Shown one piece after another: positions 10,791-23,266 of a DNA stretch of 64,000 nt. This stretch comes from Takakia lepidozioides. Its lineage: Eukaryota; Plantae; Bryophyta. Both the position numbers and the translations under genes were made by a program. The stretch lies in NCBI GenBank assembly GCA_030704615.1, contig CM060731.1, positions 40,796,001-40,860,000 on the forward strand. The letters run 5' to 3'. The notes below the pieces were generated by a model that was given only the letters and a program-made list of their open reading frames with translations, was not told where the DNA came from and did not search any database. Numbering within the stretch: the first letter of the stretch is position 1; each line of letters starts with the position of its first letter.

Positions 10791-13700
10791 CAATTTAAAG
10801 GGGTACATTTGAATTTAGGCGGAAAATTTTGAATTTGAAATTTGAATTTCAAAAATTTGTTGACAATTGACTCCGGCGTTGACCATTGACTTCGGTTCTG
10901 TCTAATGGCGATATGTTCATTGTTTTACATATATCATGCGCAATGCGTACTTGAACCTAAGACCTCAATGTTATAACATTTCTAAGACACTACAAACTAA
11001 CCAACACACCTACGCTACATCTATGTATCACAAAATCAATATATATATATATATATAAAGATTTCCGTCAAATTGTTTTTTTTTTTAAGAAACAGGGAGG
11101 TTGAATCCCTAATTAATTTATTGAAATAGTTATTTGAAGGGGAAAAAAATTAAAACCCCACTTACGCCGTAAGGCACACACACTGTATTCAATGTATCGA
11201 GATCCAACCATCTCTGATGGAGATAAAGTTCCAAGGACAAAAGACCATGTTTCTACTAAATGCACTGCATTGCGATCAGTAATCCTCGTGCCAGACAACT
11301 CGTAATGGAGATAAGTTCAAGAGACCAAAAAACAGGGCACACTGCCCAAGACTTGAAGTGTAGCAGACGTTTAACCTATTTGTTGTTGGGCTTCTGAAGA
11401 CCAACGAGGGCGATCTAGGGATGTTGGAGATGGACGTTAATGAGCCATTGACCGGAAAGTGAAGAGAGAGCCCTCTATCTATAGAAGAGTTTTGAAGTTG
11501 TCGTGGAGGGCTTTTGGTGCTTCCAGTTGACCTCCTTTTCAAACTCGGGGGGAAGTGTGGAGTGGTGCACAAAGATCTCGCCATGCTTGAGCGAGCTACT
11601 GTAGCTTGGGACAAGGTTAGTGGCATGTTTCTGGACATAGATATACCTCCTACACCTTACCATCATGCAGAGCGAGGCACTTTGAGAGAAGTCTGGCAGT
11701 TGATAGCATAGATCAGGATTAGATCTTGCTTGGTCGGGCCTCTATTCTTCCCCTCATTTTTTTCACTATTTTTCATTACTTTGTACTTGTAGTTGCCAAA
11801 GCCTCTCTTGGTGGAGGCCATTCAGTCCGGGGTTTTGGGCTGGGATATTCTGCAGGATCAGCACTGCAGATGGATTTTGGTGTGGGGGTGTTGATGTTTT
11901 GATTTCTTGTGTTTGGATCCCCCCCAACACCTGCATGCTTGACTGTGCGCCATGTTGGTTTTGTGCGGGCGATTGCTTTCGTAGGGATTAGGCCGGATTT
12001 GATCACCGGTCAATCCTAGAGTATGCTGTCGGTGGTGAGGCTGGAATGATGACCAGCAAGACCACCAGTGTTTCTTCTATGGTGAGACTGGGTTGATGAC
12101 CAGCCAACCATAGGAGTTCTTGCGGTGGATGCAGGTGCAGGTGCCCTGAGCCACTGGGATATGACCCTTAAATTGCAACGGGTGCCCACCCTTGTCACTA
12201 TTAGAATTAGTACTAGAGCCTCATAGTGTCACGTAGGGGAGGTGCACGTTGTGAGTGTTATCACGGAGTTACCCAAGGTTTCTGAGGGGAGTACGGCTAC
12301 AGGCAGTAACAGTGAGAGTGGGTTCACAAGACGAGATATTCGGTTCAGACCACCTTCACCTCCACCCTCAACTACTGTAGAGTCTGACACAGACCCGGAG
12401 GCTTCATCAACAGGTGTGCAGTCTTCTTCGCCATTATTGTGGGACGACATGGAGGAGATGTATGGAGCTACCAAGGGGCCTCGCAGGTACTCTGGAGCTG
12501 TGGACACAATCGAGCTAGATGACTTTATCCAAGAGTTTGACAGCTGGTGTGATTTGCAGCAGATGCGCAATCCACAGCTGTTCACCCCATTCATGGCGTG
12601 GAAGGGATTGTTCCAGCATTTGGAAGACCCGCTTATGGACGATTACCACGAGTTCAGGCGAGGACAAGAAGCGGAGATTGAAGAGTGGAGGATGTATTGG
12701 TCACCTGACTACGTCTCCATTACTCGAGGCACGACGTGACCAGTAGCTGCATCAGCACCAATATCTCTCACTGCCAGCACTAGTAGTGGAACAAGTAGTG
12801 CCGGTACTTCAGCAGATGGTACCAGTTCAAAAGGTGCTACTACTCATCCTGCCACGACTACAACACATGTGCCTAGATTCAACCCGGTGGTGAAGTTCTT
12901 CCAGGAGTTGCGGACGAACTACCAAGGCGTACGGACAGAGAAGCTGCAAAGTTTGCAAGACTTCCAGCGCAAATCCAGTGAGAGCTTGCGAAAGACCTAC
13001 ACTCGTATGAGGCGCTTGATAAGTGTGACCCAAGGGGTTACTGAAGCTCAGGCAGTCCAGTTCTGGTATGGAATTTTGGACAATGAGCTCAGGAGAAGGG
13101 TGCGGGATGCAACCCTGTTACAAGCGGCCCAACCCATGGCTGAGCGGATTGAGCTCAACATGGTGGATGAGCGAGTTGTTACCATTGGATTTGACAAGGA
13201 CATGCCTGCACAAGGCGCAGCTGTCAGCCAACAGGTACAAGGGACTGCCCAACAGCGTGGTCAGGGGGGCAAGGTTGCCCAACCCAAATTCCATGTAGTT
13301 TACAGGGGACCTCAGGTGCAGAGGCCAGTAGCTTCTTTTGCAACCCAACAGCAACCAGGGGTGATATGTTGGACAGGTGGAGGACCTCATGTCAAGAAAG
13401 ATTGCCCAGAGAGTGGCAAAAGGCCAACACAAGCACAGCCTGCACAGTTGCAGTGTGGGCATTGTGGCAAGTATGGGCATGGAGATGCCCAGTGTTATGA
13501 CTTGCACCCTGAGTTGCGGCAAGGCCAGTTCCAAGGGAACTATGGTGCCCGAGGGCAAGGTGGAGCACCTCAGAGAAGACGATGTGGTTAGGCACGAGGT
13601 GTGGGACGAGGGCAAGCACAGTATGGCCAAAGACGTGGAGGTCAGGGTGTTGACCAAAGCATGGCCAACCGGCTTCAGCAACTAGAGCAAAGGCTTGCTG

Positions 13701-15089
13701 CCATGGCCACAGCTCAGGTGGTACCAGCTCCAAGACCTGAGGGTCCACCTCCTGTTCCTCCTCAGCAGCGTCATCCTGACGGAGGAGACATGGGAGGGAG
13801 GCATGGGATTTATGTGTGGGGCAGCACTACCACTAGTGCAAGTGGAGTCTGCTGCAGCCGTCACTCGAGGAGCATCACGAGTTCCTGAGCCACGAGGTGC
13901 AGAGGTGGAGTTAGATCCACAACGTGGGGAGGCAAACCGTCAGGCTAGGTTGCCTCAATCATTTATCTTGGGAGAGACAGTGTCGACGACATCCATGGCA
14001 CCTAGTTCTCGCCCGACAGATACAGAGGCCGTTATTGTGCCATTGGGGAGAGCTACACGTGCAGCACTGACACCTGCTGCCAAGGCTAGTGCAGCCAGTG
14101 TGTTGTTGGGGGCAGCCACCTCTGTGTGTCAAGCCCCACTGTTCTCGGCAACCATGATCGCGACGCCGGAGGTAAGACTAGCTGCAGTGTTTAGACTAGC
14201 AGCAACACTCTGCGAGAGTGGGGAGGTCACTTCATCTTCTGCAGAGTTGGTGGAAGGTGTAGTGGCAGAGGAATCCTCGGATTTGAGGGTCAAGACTGCC
14301 ACGGCTGCGCCATGGCAAGCTGCAGCTACCAGGGTGACGGAGCTGCCAGCTAGGCTAGCCTTTGAGCGCTCCATGGTGACACCTGGAGTTGTCTTGTTAG
14401 ACAACCAAGATGACATTTTCTCTTTTGAGTGGACCGGCAGGCAAGAGATATACGGCCACTGCGGTCTTGTTGGACTCGGGAGCTCAGCCACTGATGTTGG
14501 GCAGAGCTGCTATTGCAGGTTTGGGCCTCATGGAGGCGGATATGGAGCCTTGTCCTTTCCAGATACAGACATCTCTGGGAGGATTAGAGCAGGCTCGGGG
14601 CATGACACGGCGTGAGTTGGCCATTAGACTACAGCCGGATCATCCTATAGATGGCTCAGTGATGTGAGCCAAGGCCATCGTGACAGATGCGATCTCTTAC
14701 GATGTCCTCGTTGGTGGGGCAGTGTTATATCCCATAGGCTTCACCCTGGATTTTTGGGAGGAGTCAGCATCCTACAGGCCTGGATGGTAGTCAGGGGATG
14801 GTCGTCATGTACAGCTCCTTGTGACATTCATTGGGGGTGTTGTGTGCGCAGCGAGGCAAGATGCCAACACTAGCCGCCTTCACAGCTGCAGTTAGTTGGC
14901 CTGGAGAGTTGATGGAAGGCAATGACCATGAGAGGATGTAACCCAATCAGCAGAGTGAGGGGATGACATGCATGGTACGGCGGAGTTGTCTGCCGTGGTT
15001 GCTCACACTACATTGTGGACTACGAGCAAGGATTTGCAGTAGGCTGCTGATAGACGGGTGCAACAAGCCTGGGTAGAGGCCTTCGTACC

Positions 15090-15700
15090 ATGTTGAGGGT
15101 CCTACGCTATTTATAGCTTCAGCAGACAGACCCTTCGGCATACTATTTGGAGAATGTGCCATTGATGGGTGATTTAGGGCCAAGGTGATGGCCACGTGTG
15201 CATCAAGTGCGGTCTTGGCTTGGATTAGCAGTGTTGCTGGACGCAGCTGCAGTGGGGTCACAGACTCATCGCCCACGACTATGGTGGACCAACTTGATGC
15301 CACATGCACTGCTCAAGCGTGCATTTGATGGGTGCAGCGGCCACCACACTTGACGGTGGATAGCATTTTGGACATAGGGAGACAGTTTCAGCGTGTGAGA
15401 CACGATGACCGATCAGCTTTGGCAATGGTCAATAAGGGGGGTCACCCACGAGCCGCATTGCCTACACTGCTCAGTTTTCCAGGATCAATGCTTTTCGGGA
15501 TGGGGGACACCTGGCCTCTTGTGGGATAGCCAGTTGCACCAACTAGTGGAGCCCAATGCTGATGAACGTGAGGCGGCGATGGTGTTTTACCACTGGACCA
15601 CGGCGGTGCCATCTCTTTCTAAGGCATCACGTTGTCAGGTGTTGGGGCAAGCAATGGATCTCAATTGCTTGACCTGGATTACCAGCTTGGCTATTGCTGA
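15090..15700 (+). pseudogene. Cytosine-5 DNA methyltransferase domain (DNMT3/DRM-like) inside the Gypsy pol region, disrupted
   Basis: Motif VI YYLENVP (15141-15161). Motif VIII LLDAAAVGSQTHRPRLWWTNL (15234-15296, same frame; compare DNMT3 IDAKEVSAAHRARYFWGNL). Motifs IX/X EPNADEREAAMVF...LSKASRCQVLGQAMD (about 15550-15660). Motifs I-IV are not recognisable. Confidence 0.8.
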
Positions 15701-18700
15701 GCAACGCCGAGTGCGGAGTACACTTCCCTCGATGGTCTCTCTGCCTACCGAGAGGGTACCGCAGCGAGTGGGGGCGAACAGGTGAGGACACGAGGTGCAA
15801 GCCGCATTCATGGCAACACGTGGGAGGTGCTCAAGGTTCGAAGGAGCTGGCAGCCAAGGAGGCGGTGATGGATCAGGTGGGGATTTTTCTCGGGTGGAGG
15901 AGGTCTTAAGGATGGGATGATGGGGCAGGATGAGACATTGTCACGACAGAGCAGGCAGTGGTCACTGCTCAAGAGGTTGCAGCATAGCAACCAACGGGAC
16001 GTGTCTTCTACCTCTAAGCCTGTTGGACTTGAGGTTGCAGTCACGGAGGACAATTGGGAGCCTGATGTTGGACCCATAGTCACTGGAGGAGAGAGACGAC
16101 GTATACGGCAGTTCTGAGGGCTTACAGGAACTGCTTTGCCTTCAGTTGAAGGTTGGGAGCACTGAAGGGTCAAGAGATTCGCATTGAATTGGCCACTGAC
16201 ACGCCACTCTTTTGGAGACCCTATAGATACAGTGACATGGAGAGTCCTGATTCAAATGAGGACTCAGGACCTCTGGGGGCTGGTTTGGTGGAGCTATTTG
16301 GTGGAGAGTATGCTTCAGCCCAGTGATGCCAGCCAAGAAGGAGTCTATGGCAATTGGACGGAGAGACGAGACGTATGTGCGGTGATTACCGGCCTCGTAA
16401 ATCGTGTTAGACACAGTCCGAATGTTATGCCATGCCAACACCAGAGGAGATCTTTGATGCCATTGGGCATGCCAAGGCTTTTAGCACTTTGGATTACGAT
16501 CAGGATATCACCAGTTTGCGATCAAGGAGGCGGAAAAGCAGAAGACGACATTGGGGGATCAATGAGCACGGGAAGGATTGCCTATACCAGTGGCGGTTCT
16601 TACCATTTGGGCTTAAGAACACTCCTGCAGAGTTTCAGAGAGTCATGGACAGGATTCTAGCAGGGGTGGACATAGATGACATCATCATTTTTCTGTGGTG
16701 GAGGAGCATGAGAGACACCCTCAGGTGGTATTTGAGCGCTTGAGGGCGCACGGATTGAAGTTACATCCGGGGAAGTGCAAGTTTTTCAACAAACCAGATT
16801 GAGTATCTGGGTTACATGATATGCTAGAGGATTGGTGGGTACAACAGACTAAAGGTAGAGGGCCATTGCACAGATTCCACGCCCACGGATATGAGCCGAG
16901 TTCGAGCTTTCATGGGGGTGACAAACTATTATAGACGGTTTGTCAATGGATTTTAGTGTCATTGCAAAAGGCTCTAACCAAGCTGACCAGGTGGACAGAA
17001 GTGGCAGTGGGAAGATGAGCAAGACCGAGCTTTCCAAGAGCTCAAGACGAGGTTGATCTCAGCGCCCATCTTGAGACGACCTATCAGGGGGCGTTCTTTT
17101 CAGCTGCATACAGATTGGAGCATGCTGGGGCTTGGAGCAGTGCTCACACATGTAGATAATGGGGGAAGAGAGTTCGTAGTGGCTTATGCCAATCGCTTGA
17201 ACAATGCTGTAGAAAGCTACAGTATAGCTCATATGAGGGTGAAGAGATTGCCATATAGAGATCATCAGCCACTCAAGCGGTTGATGGAGTCAGACAAGCT
17301 TACGGGGAAGCTTGCACGGTTGGCACTCATACTTCAAGAGTATGACTTCAGGTTGTGCATTGACCGGGTTTGGTCAATCGGGATGCGGATGGTTGAGTTG
17401 CAATCATGCACGAGCCAGCAGGATGACACTGGAGTTCAGGGCATGGTGAGCGGACGAGGAGGAGATGGTGCCAGGATGACATGCATCTGCATTTCTGTGT
17501 ATCTTGGCAGCGGAAGGCCAAGTTGGACCTACAACAGGGATGACAATAGACCGAGTGACTAAGGACCCTGAGGGCAACGAATGAGGCAAGGTGGTGCCAA
17601 AGATATACATGAGGATTCAGCTGTGTTGGGACTATCTCGCACTGGGGGACGGCAGCCATTGTGACTGCAAAGAGGGATCGGATCCTACAACGAGCCAAAA
17701 GGTTTCAAGTGGGAGGGGACACACCTGTTCCGAGTGTGGGAGATGGTATCGAGTGAGGATGGGCCTCACCCAACCCAGCTGGCACGGTTTAGGGCGGCAT
17801 GCCCATGAGGAGTTGGGGCATTTGGGGTGCGACGCATCATAGTCTACTGTAGGGGCAGATTGGTGGGGTATTGCACACAAGGTGCAACAATTTGTGCTAG
17901 GTGCATGGGTGTGACAGGGTGCGTGCTTCATTCAACGCCCCTACTCCACATTTGCACCATCTTCCGATCATGGGATTGGGCTATAGATGGAGTTTTGATT
18001 TCGCAAGGCCGTTGTCATTGACCATGCGCCAACAACAAGTACGTGTGATGATGATGGCAATTCTCCAAGTGGCTGATAAGGCTAGTGAGGGAGCTGCATA
18101 TGCATTCTTGGATTGTGTACTTAGCCGATTCGGTGCTCCAGATGAGGTACTCACGGACCCAAGGGAGAGAGTTATTTGGGGGAGTTTCAGGTGTTGTGTG
18201 ACAAGGCCTTGGTAGACCACCGCACCACTTCTCGGGATCCATCCTGAGGCCGCTGGCTTAGCAGAGAGGGTTGTTCAGACAGTGAAGAGGGGTTTGCGTA
18301 AGTATGGCTTGCAGAAGGGACACCTAAGAGATTGGGACCTTCAGTTACCTTGGTTAGCCATAGGCTACAGGTTCAGCAAGCAAACATCATTTGCCTCCTT
18401 CTCACCATACTTTTTTCTCTTTGGCCGAGAGCCGGATTTGCTGCATCCATTCGTAGAGAAGCTGCATACAGTTCTCAACCTGACGATCCGGACATGTAGG
18501 CACGTGCATTTGATCAGCGTGCAGAGTTGTTCCCAAAAAAGTCATGCCCATGGCTTTCGAGAAATTGTCATTGAACAACATCGATACGTTGAGTATGACT
18601 ACCATACGTGGTGGGGGCTATCGTCCTGGGGTCGCGACGATTTAACCCTAGTGACTATGTTTATCTGCAGCAGATGTCTCGACCTTGGATTGTGACTGCA

Positions 18701-18870
18701 GGACGTACTATTTTGAGGGTTCGAGAGATGTTGCCTCAGGAGTCTTGATCTTGGAGGGTCGGGGATGGCATGATTTGGAAGGACCATGTGCGTAATTGCG
18801 CGTCATGTCACCTTCCAATGTTGATGGAAGGGTTGACCCAATACCTGGCATGGTACCTGCAAGTTTGAGG

Positions 18871-19014
18871 TGCATGTTGTGTGGGTCTGATAGGGGGACA
18901 GCCACCATGCTGGTGTGTGATCGATGCTCTAGAGGTTGGCATATAGGATGTTTGACTCCACATCTGAGATGGTTTGATGATGGTTCCTGATGGGGATTGT
19001 TATGTCCGCATTGC
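18871..19014 (+). other. PHD zinc finger downstream of Gypsy integrase
   Basis: CMLC...MLVCDRCSRGWHIGCL...(stop)WGLLCPHC gives a C4-H-C3 pattern in one frame with one internal stop. Confidence 0.85.
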
Positions 19015-19364
19015 ATTGGATAGTGGGAGTGGATACAACCATGAAAGGCTAACAAGAAATGCAAGGCCAAGCTACTATGAGACCTTGAACACACGAGGAT
19101 CATGGCCAAGTTCACAGATTGCAAGACGGTGACTAACGATGGGGTACTTTTTTGTACCCGGCTCTTGGTCTATAGAGTTTGAGTACAATAGGGATAGTGA
19201 TAGAGGACTTAGTACGCTATGGCTATTACCTCTTGTAGCTATCGGAGTTAGAGGGACCTATCCACCCCTAGGGGCGGCATTGTGGCAGACTAACTTATTG
19301 TCCATATATGTGGTGTAGTTGGACAACGATATAGTTGTGTAGCGATACGTATGCGCACGACAGC

Positions 19365-19715
19365 TGTCAGGTATAATAAACAATGTGAAACTAACTAGAA
19401 TAAAGCTAGTTATTTGTATTTAACACTTGGATTAGTTCAAGTGTAAGTAGGTGTCAGTTTAACTTGACATCTGAAACCATTTATCTTCACGAGAGCGTCA
19501 GTCATGCGGTCATCTCTCTGAGTTGAGCCTGCACGACCGAGCTCCTTCACTGCTAGAATCTGAGTGTGTTATGAAGGAGAATAGGACGTTGTGGGGTGGA
19601 GTCCACATTAGCTTGGGGTGCCCTGGCTCGACTCTTAGTTTAATGAATGATTGTGTTGTGTTTGTGTTTCTTTGTTATCAGAAATGTGGGTTAGTTCTTT
19701 CAATTCGGGGACGAT
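19365..19715. repeat. Hairpin-rich LTR-like repeat, copy 1 (copy 2 at 28191)
   Basis: Starts TGTCA and is homologous to 28191 onward over about 300 bp. Flanked by a diverged direct duplication (19281-19362 / 19716-19799). Confidence 0.7.
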
Positions 19716-19799
19716 TGTGGCACGACCACGTTATTGTCCATATCGTGTGGTGTAGTTTGGCAGCGACGTAGTTATGTAGCGATACGTATGCGCACGACA

Positions 19800-22280
19800 A
19801 CTTTCATAAAATCGAGCCGGGTGACCTTTGATTTTGATGTATTTGAGGCAGAAATTATGTCAGCTTTATTTTCAAATGGTACTTTATGTAATAAAAGATT
19901 AAAACAGTATGGTTCTATATGATGGGATGGATGATAATCTGTAACTCTTACTATTCGATTTGTAGGATATATATAATTACTCAATGCATCACGACCTTGT
20001 AGAAGTTTATTCTTACTGGGTTTTTTTTTCTGATGTATGAGACCATATTGGATGAATGTAAGATGTAAAAAAAAATTTGGGTCTCATCGAATATAAGAAG
20101 TGATAAGTTGTTACATTTTTGAATAAATCGTGTTCGTGAGATCCTACTGGAGGCAGCTCTTGGTAGATAGTGTCAAATCTGGCTCCCACACGGACGATGT
20201 ACATGTGCACTATTAATGGAAATAACAGCTTCACTTCTTTGAATTATAGGTATAGTAGATAATGTAATTGTTGCTTCTGTTAGAGATACTGGCTTACTAA
20301 GAATATATGAAGAAATAACTTTTAATTGTATTTCGGTTACATCGGTCAGTCCTAAGTTCATAGCATCATTGGCATTTAAATTTAATTTTCCAGTAGGTTC
20401 TGTTTTCATTGTATATAACGACCAATCAGTATTTGTAATTCTTTGTATGTTTGAATGGGCATTCCATAATAAAGATATAACAGGATGATATGGTACTATA
20501 TTCTATGATCGGTACCTTCACCTCAGGGATATTCCCACCTGTGTGTCTGTCGGTTTATTGCTGGGATTGGATTTAAAAAAAGGTTCATAAGGAAATCCAT
20601 AGTACAGGTTGGAGAATCTTTTACACCATATCGGTTACATTTATGATTTGTTCTTTGAATAATATGAGTGTTTTGTTACATTGTAATCAAAGATTGAGTG
20701 CGATGTTATTTTGGATAAATAAGCAACAATTCATTTGTAATTCTATCTACATCTCGAGAATCTATCCACAAAATAATATGAGCATGAAGAGAACCTCGGT
20801 GTTGAACTTCATATCGAATAATATAAAGTATTTCATAAACATTTGAATTCGGGTATGGAAATGATGAGCACATTCTATTGAACAATCGACCAATATATAA
20901 GTTAACAAGTTAAATTTGTTTAGCAATTTCTCAATATCATCTATTTCTTTCCACCGTGTTTCAGATATTTCATCAGCAGTTAGTGTTAAGAAAAAATGTG
21001 GCATTCCATATTTTTCAACCATTGCAAGTAAATCCTTTAAATTTTTTTTATGGTATTGAGGAGATCCAGGAATAGATGATGGAATTTTATATTTAATAAT
21101 ATGTTTCATAATTGTATCATCAGTTGCATTTGGATTTTTTCTTCCTATATGACTTTATATCTTTTTCTAAACAGATATCTTTTACTTGTTTTGCTATTAA
21201 ATGACATTGTCGTATTTGATACATGAGAAGAGCATAAGGTTTATATAAAGTGAACGGTGAAAATAAAGTGTTACATCTCATTTTTAAGTATCCATTTAAA
21301 CCATCCTTAAAATTTGTATAGTGTCATTTTCCATGTGGAAATAGAAAAGGAAATATCATATTTTCTAAAGTTAAATTATTTTTACCTATATTTGGATGTA
21401 TATTTTGTGATGCTAATCCTTCTATATTAATTAAAAATGGTCTATTTATTACAACATTTCTTACCTCTATATTTCCAACATTATAAAGTTGATTTTGATT
21501 ATATTGAATTGTATCAAAAACAGGTGTTATATCATCTAAAATTGACGATGTATACAAGGGATAGTTGAAAAATTTGTATCAGAAGGGCCATTACGAACAT
21601 TAAACTGTCCTAATTTACAATCCGGAAGTACACAAACCCCGATGTATGATTTGGTAATTCGGATAATGTCATAAAATATTGAATGATTGGATTTGTTAAC
21701 AGATTTTGAGCTAATATAGTTTATATTTGATTACTGATATACTCTCGATTAGTACATGTATCTTACGATTCCAAACAATTATAGCATTATCTAAAATTGA
21801 TCTTTGCTCCACTTCACCCAACCCATATTCATTATATTTTTTCTTAAGACTTAAACTTATATCGATCACAGTCAATAATTGTATATGTAAAGGATGAGGT
21901 TTTAATATTTTTAAATATAAGATGGTGGAATATATACAACATTTGATATTCTATTTTTATTTTTTACACATTTTTTACACACATTCCATGTATTTTCTTC
22001 AATATTTTCTGTATAATATTTTAGATATATATTTGCTATTTGATACGGTGATATGATACAACTTTAATTTTCTTGAAATTTTGTAGATAACTCTTATTAC
22101 TCCACATATTGAGCAACATTTCATTTTCGACACCATTGTAGAAGTACATTTTTCCCAAAAATACCGTAATTCATTAGCATTATACCATGAATCAGAGTAC
22201 GGAAGGAATTGAAGTTTTCTTTTTGTCCCACAACATAACTTAGCAAATATTTGACGCTCATGAATAGATCGACTCATATC
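19800..22280 (-). mobile_element. Decayed Helitron-type Rep/helicase fragment
   Basis: AT-rich block. Translations include IPGSPQY...DLLAMVEKYGMPHFFLTLTADE (Rep motif I region), MIFPFLFPHG and YTMKTEP (motif III-like). Many stops. Confidence 0.75.
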
Positions 22281-22383
22281 AATAGTTAGATAATATATTA
22301 TTATTTAAGTATCCAACTTCACTTTCAATCAATATAGTACCATATGATATATATATATATAACTAAGTTGGATATTACAAGGG

Positions 22384-22445
22384 AACTAAAGGTCAGCATG
22401 CCCGAAGAATTTGATGGGACGAGATCAAGATTTCGCGGTTTTTAC
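22384..22445 (+). mobile_element. Short Ty3/Gypsy gag fragment
   Basis: Translates ELKVSMPEEFDGTRSRFRGF, matching the PExFDGxR..FRGF gag signature. Confidence 0.5.
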
Positions 22446-23171
22446 CAAATATTCTTATCAAATATTATGTAGTTATCACCCTTCAGAGGTTCGAACAAAT
22501 TATTGTCATTCACATCCAATATCACGTTTGTCCAGTTGCACAGATTACCAGTCTTCGGTCACCCTTGTCGATTTTCACAGATCATCACATTTCAAATCAC
22601 ATTTGTCTAGTTACATGGATTATCACCCTTCCGGTCACCTTTCTCCCGTTGAACGCATTATCACCCTTCACGGCCAATCTATCTTCTCGAATGAGGTCTT
22701 TAAACTGGAAAACTACAGTTGAACTTCATGGTTTGTAGTCTCGGACAAGTTCTACAACCACTCCTCTGTAACTACACAGTACTCTTAAACATATAACAAT
22801 CGAGCATGATTGAAGATCTATCACACAACATTCAGCCTCGATTTCATTTTCTAAACAAGATCACAAATGTAACAATATGATTTTTAAGTATTTCGTTTTA
22901 TTTCTTTTCTGTGTTCTCCTCTTTGTTCTGATCCTTAAGAGAGTTTGATTCTAAACAACTTTGTCAAAAACTACCGAAGATGTACAGAGATGTTTGAAGA
23001 AGCTAAAAGAGATCCCGATAGATTCAAAAGCACTAAGAGATTGTGAGTGACTCTGAAAGACTCTACAAACTTTGAAAAAACAGCATCAGATTGAAAAGCA
23101 ACAGATTAGAAGATAGTGAAAAACTATAGAACTTCAGAGATAGAAATTGTGTTGTTCGTGCACCTTTTTTC

Positions 23172-23266
23172 ACCAACTTTCAAAATCTGAAGGCTGACCC
23201 TAAAGCCCTGGTCTTGTTGGGTCTAACTTTTGGGCTGCTCACACATACCAGATTGATGCTTGTGTG
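23172..23266. repeat. Inverted homologue of 4212-4307
   Basis: Reverse complement aligns with 4212-4307. Confidence 0.7.

Larger units (their letters stand above)
11880..19362 (+). mobile_element. Decayed Ty3/Gypsy LTR retrotransposon: gag-PR-DNMT-RT-RNaseH-INT-PHD
   Basis: gag 12242-13591 with CCHC knuckle CGHCGKYGHGDAQC. Protease VLLDSGA (about 14465). RT motifs RMCGDYR, LPFGLKN, IDD (16370-16690). RNase H LHTDWS (about 17105). Integrase WSFDFA, VLTD, ERVVQTVKR (17980-18300). Purine tract aggggcgg followed by TGTGG at 19281 as a probable 3' LTR start. 5' LTR not identified. Confidence 0.88.
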
